A DNA stretch of 64,000 nt from a virus (Duplodnaviria > Heunggongvirae > Uroviricota > Caudoviricetes). The stretch lies in the IMG/VR virus record IMGVR_UViG_2029527006_000005; one strand, 5' to 3'. Made by a program: the position numbers and the translations under genes. The notes beneath the pieces are model-generated. The model had not been told where the DNA came from. It was given only the letters and a program-made list of their open reading frames with translations, and did not search any database. Numbering within the stretch: the first letter of the stretch is position 1; the number at the start of each line of letters is the position of its first letter. Shown one piece after another: positions 61,979 to 64,000 of the stretch.

Positions 61979-62810
61979 TTCTACCTTCCATCATTTTCAT
62001 TTCAATTTCAATTTGTCGTGTATGACTTGGTGTAAAACCATTAATTTCGAGTAAATCATCACGAATATTGCGTACATTCTTTTCAGTATTAAGTACTGAT
62101 CTAAATGCGTTGTTAACGAAAGATGTATAGTAGGAGAAGGGATTTAATTGTACAGCAGGTTTATCTTTTTTGTACAAAATGCTTTCTTTAAATAGTAAGG
62201 CATTTTTTACTAGTTGTATTCTTGCATCGCCCATCATTTCATCTAAGTACGTATAATTTCGGTAGTTAGTTTTATGGGAGATTTCTTCTGCAAGTTTGAT
62301 GAACATCTTTCCTAATTCATTAGTCATTCTTCCGTGAGTTAAGCAAAACTCACCGCTGTCCGTATCACCGAACCAGTGTGAACGAGCTACTTCATAGAAA
62401 GTTGCGTCTTCATCGACAATGTAATGTTTGAATGGTTCGAAGTTAACACGAATTTTAGCACCTTTCTCTTCTGGTATGTGTTCATCCGTAATTACGCGAA
62501 TCACAACTTCATCGATTGGTACTGTTGTTAGGAACAAGCCACGCTCATCAGCAGCTTCTTTAGCTTTCTTCGCTGATAGGCCGTCTTCTGCTCTAATCCG
62601 TTCAACTGTCTCGTTGTTGAGGCGTTTAATACGTGCTGCACTAGCTTTTTCAAGTAGTTCTTCATCAATTTCATTCACATCGAAGACGATGTAATCGTAC
62701 ATACTGTAGCACTCATCAATTAGCCAGCAGTATGACATTTTACTGAGATGTATTTCTCGTAGTAAGTCAGCGTTATTCAAATACTTTTTACGCTTGGGTT
62801 TGGTTATCAT
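61965..62810 (-). CDS. gp55: Late sigma factor (gp55-like) with insertion
   Basis: YLNNADLL, NYRNYTYLDEM..DA, NPFSYYT...NAF; start moved to 62810. Confidence 0.85.
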   Translation of the reverse strand: MITKPKRKKYLNNADLLREIHLSKMSYCWLIDECYSMYDYIVFDVNEIDEELLEKASAARIKRLNNETVERIRAEDGLSAKKAKEAADERGLFLTTVPIDEVVIRVITDEHIPEEKGAKIRVNFEPFKHYIVDEDATFYEVARSHWFGDTDSGEFCLTHGRMTNELGKMFIKLAEEISHKTNYRNYTYLDEMMGDARIQLVKNALLFKESILYKKDKPAVQLNPFSYYTSFVNNAFRSVLNTEKNVRNIRDDLLEINGFTPSHTRQIEIEMKMMEGRNGSI

Positions 62811-62863
62811 ATTGTAACACTCCATGTATTTTTTTCATGAGACCATCCGTGTCCCACCTCACT

Positions 62864-62891
62864 ATTATATCACATTTTTCGAGTTTGTCCC
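62864..62891 (-). promoter_or_regulatory. Phage early/middle promoter GGGACA-N16-TATAAT for gp55-47-46
   Basis: Motif copy. Confidence 0.75.
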
Positions 62892-62896
62892 AAAAT

Positions 62897-62904
62897 TATA
62901 AATA
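62897..62904 (+). promoter_or_regulatory. T4-type late promoter TATAAATA
   Basis: Exact consensus upstream of baseplate genes. Confidence 0.7.
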
Positions 62905-62933
62905 TATTATAAGTCTTTTTATGGAGAATTTTT

Positions 62934-63665
62934 ATGATAGACCGTCGAATCAGATTGAGACCACGCCCTGCGGCTCAAAACTACGTATACGGGGATAGTG
63001 GCAATTTAAGCCAACCTACACTCCTGTCAATACTTAGAAGTACTAACGGGATGGTCTGGAATTATACACCTACCATTACCGAGCAACGTTCAGTGAGCTA
63101 TGAAACTCAACAAACAATGCACAGTAACGCAAACTACAACAACTACAAAAACACATCTAACGCCATAATTTCAGTACAAGGAGATTTTTACTCCAACACT
63201 GCAACTGAAGCTATGTATACGCTAGCATGTATGAACTTTATTCGTGCAAGTTCCCTAATGGACTTTGGTCGTCAGGCAGCAGTAGCTAACAACCCTAACG
63301 TAGCAGTTGTTGGTGCTCCACCACCAATTTTACTATTCAGTGGATATGGTCGTTATATGTATAACGATGTTCCAGTGATCATTAAGTCCTATAACTTTAA
63401 CTTCCAAAATGATGTTCCTTACATTCAAGTACCAGTTGATTCAATCACTGCTAAATTTAATGTAACGGACAAAGATTCTCGTGCATTTTTTAATAACTTA
63501 AGAGCACAAGGACTAATGAATAAAGAAAACGAAGTGTGGATACCACAAAAGCTACCAATTACACTTCAACTAGAAGAACAACCTACGTCAGATTATATGA
63601 CGAAGGATTTTAACTTAAACGCATTTAAACGTGGTGCACTAATGAGAAAAGGAGGATTCATTTAA
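62934..63665 (+). CDS. Baseplate tail-tube initiator/cap-like protein (gp48/gp54-like)
   Basis: YTPTI, GAPPPILLFSGYG, VPVIIKSYNF resemble tube-fold baseplate proteins. Confidence 0.6.
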   Translation: MIDRRIRLRPRPAAQNYVYGDSGNLSQPTLLSILRSTNGMVWNYTPTITEQRSVSYETQQTMHSNANYNNYKNTSNAIISVQGDFYSNTATEAMYTLACMNFIRASSLMDFGRQAAVANNPNVAVVGAPPPILLFSGYGRYMYNDVPVIIKSYNFNFQNDVPYIQVPVDSITAKFNVTDKDSRAFFNNLRAQGLMNKENEVWIPQKLPITLQLEEQPTSDYMTKDFNLNAFKRGALMRKGGFI

Positions 63666-63979
63666 TGGCTTCTACATATAGTCAGTACTCACCGTATGCA
63701 AAAGTACGTCAAACATGGTACTTAGATTACAACCTACCAATCGGTATTATCCCTGCTGATACCGATGTGGATTATACTATTCCAGCAGAATACGCAGAAC
63801 AGCCTTGGCGTTTATCATACGATTTGTATGGTAATGAACGCTTATACTACGTATTTGCACTTTTAAATCCAAATATCTTGGTTGACCCAATTTATGATTT
63901 TACAGCAGGTACAGTTATCCGTATTCCATCACTACAACGAATCCAAACTTACTTAAGTAGTCCACGCCGAGTCAAATAA
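63665..63979 (+). CDS. Baseplate wedge gp53-like (LysM-like) protein
   Basis: Reads on +; PWRLSYDLYGNERLYYVFALLNP...DP..DF..G..IRIP. Confidence 0.75.
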   Translation: MASTYSQYSPYAKVRQTWYLDYNLPIGIIPADTDVDYTIPAEYAEQPWRLSYDLYGNERLYYVFALLNPNILVDPIYDFTAGTVIRIPSLQRIQTYLSSPRRVK

Positions 63980-64000
63980 AAGGAGTTTATATGGCTAATC

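Noticed and set aside
57037-63979. Minus-strand labels in the ORF track for 57037..57528, 57530..58750 and 63665..63979 (also shadow ORFs such as 1392..1691)
   Set aside because: The listed proteins translate from the + strand as written (ATG ACA AAA at 57037, ATG TTT CCA at 57530, ATG GCT TCT at 63665)
63991-64000. Start of another + strand gene (AAGGAG...ATGGCTAATC)
   Set aside because: Only three codons lie inside the window, so it cannot be assigned

Overview
64 kb of a lytic jumbo myophage genome (about 35-37% GC by eye, densely coding, genetic code 11, most genes on the - strand). Gene content and order resemble the T4-related enterobacterial jumbo phages of the RaK2/GAP32/121Q type; this is recalled similarity, not a database result. 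The window holds host-takeover genes (IF3, ClpS-like, GroES), nucleotide metabolism (NrdAB, DHFR, NTP pyrophosphatase), a T4-like replisome and recombination set (gp41, gp61, gp32, UvsX/Y/W, gp43, gp45, gp62, gp46/47, Dda, two RNase H types, EndoVII), the late sigma gp55, the head module (gp20-23, terminase), tail and baseplate genes, and two tandem holin-T-like genes. No tRNA, CRISPR array, intron or intein was seen. The main unexplained signals are: (1) a 186-aa protein beside DNA polymerase carrying an exact 20-aa copy of the portal clip segment with only synonymous DNA changes; (2) a T TTT TTC -1 frameshift that would fuse gp26- and gp51-like ORFs beside the tape-measure gene; (3) a promoter/terminator-bounded non-coding RNA of about 450 nt; (4) about 8-fold over-representation of the palindrome AGTACT; (5) an unannotated 54-aa ORF copying the mature capsid N-arm; (6) an unannotated 59-aa Sm/Hfq-like ORF; (7) a 12-copy GGGACA-N16/17-TATAAT promoter class. 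The supplied ORF track mislabels the strand of several + genes (57037, 57530, 63665), and several start codons were moved to the ATG with a Shine-Dalgarno site.
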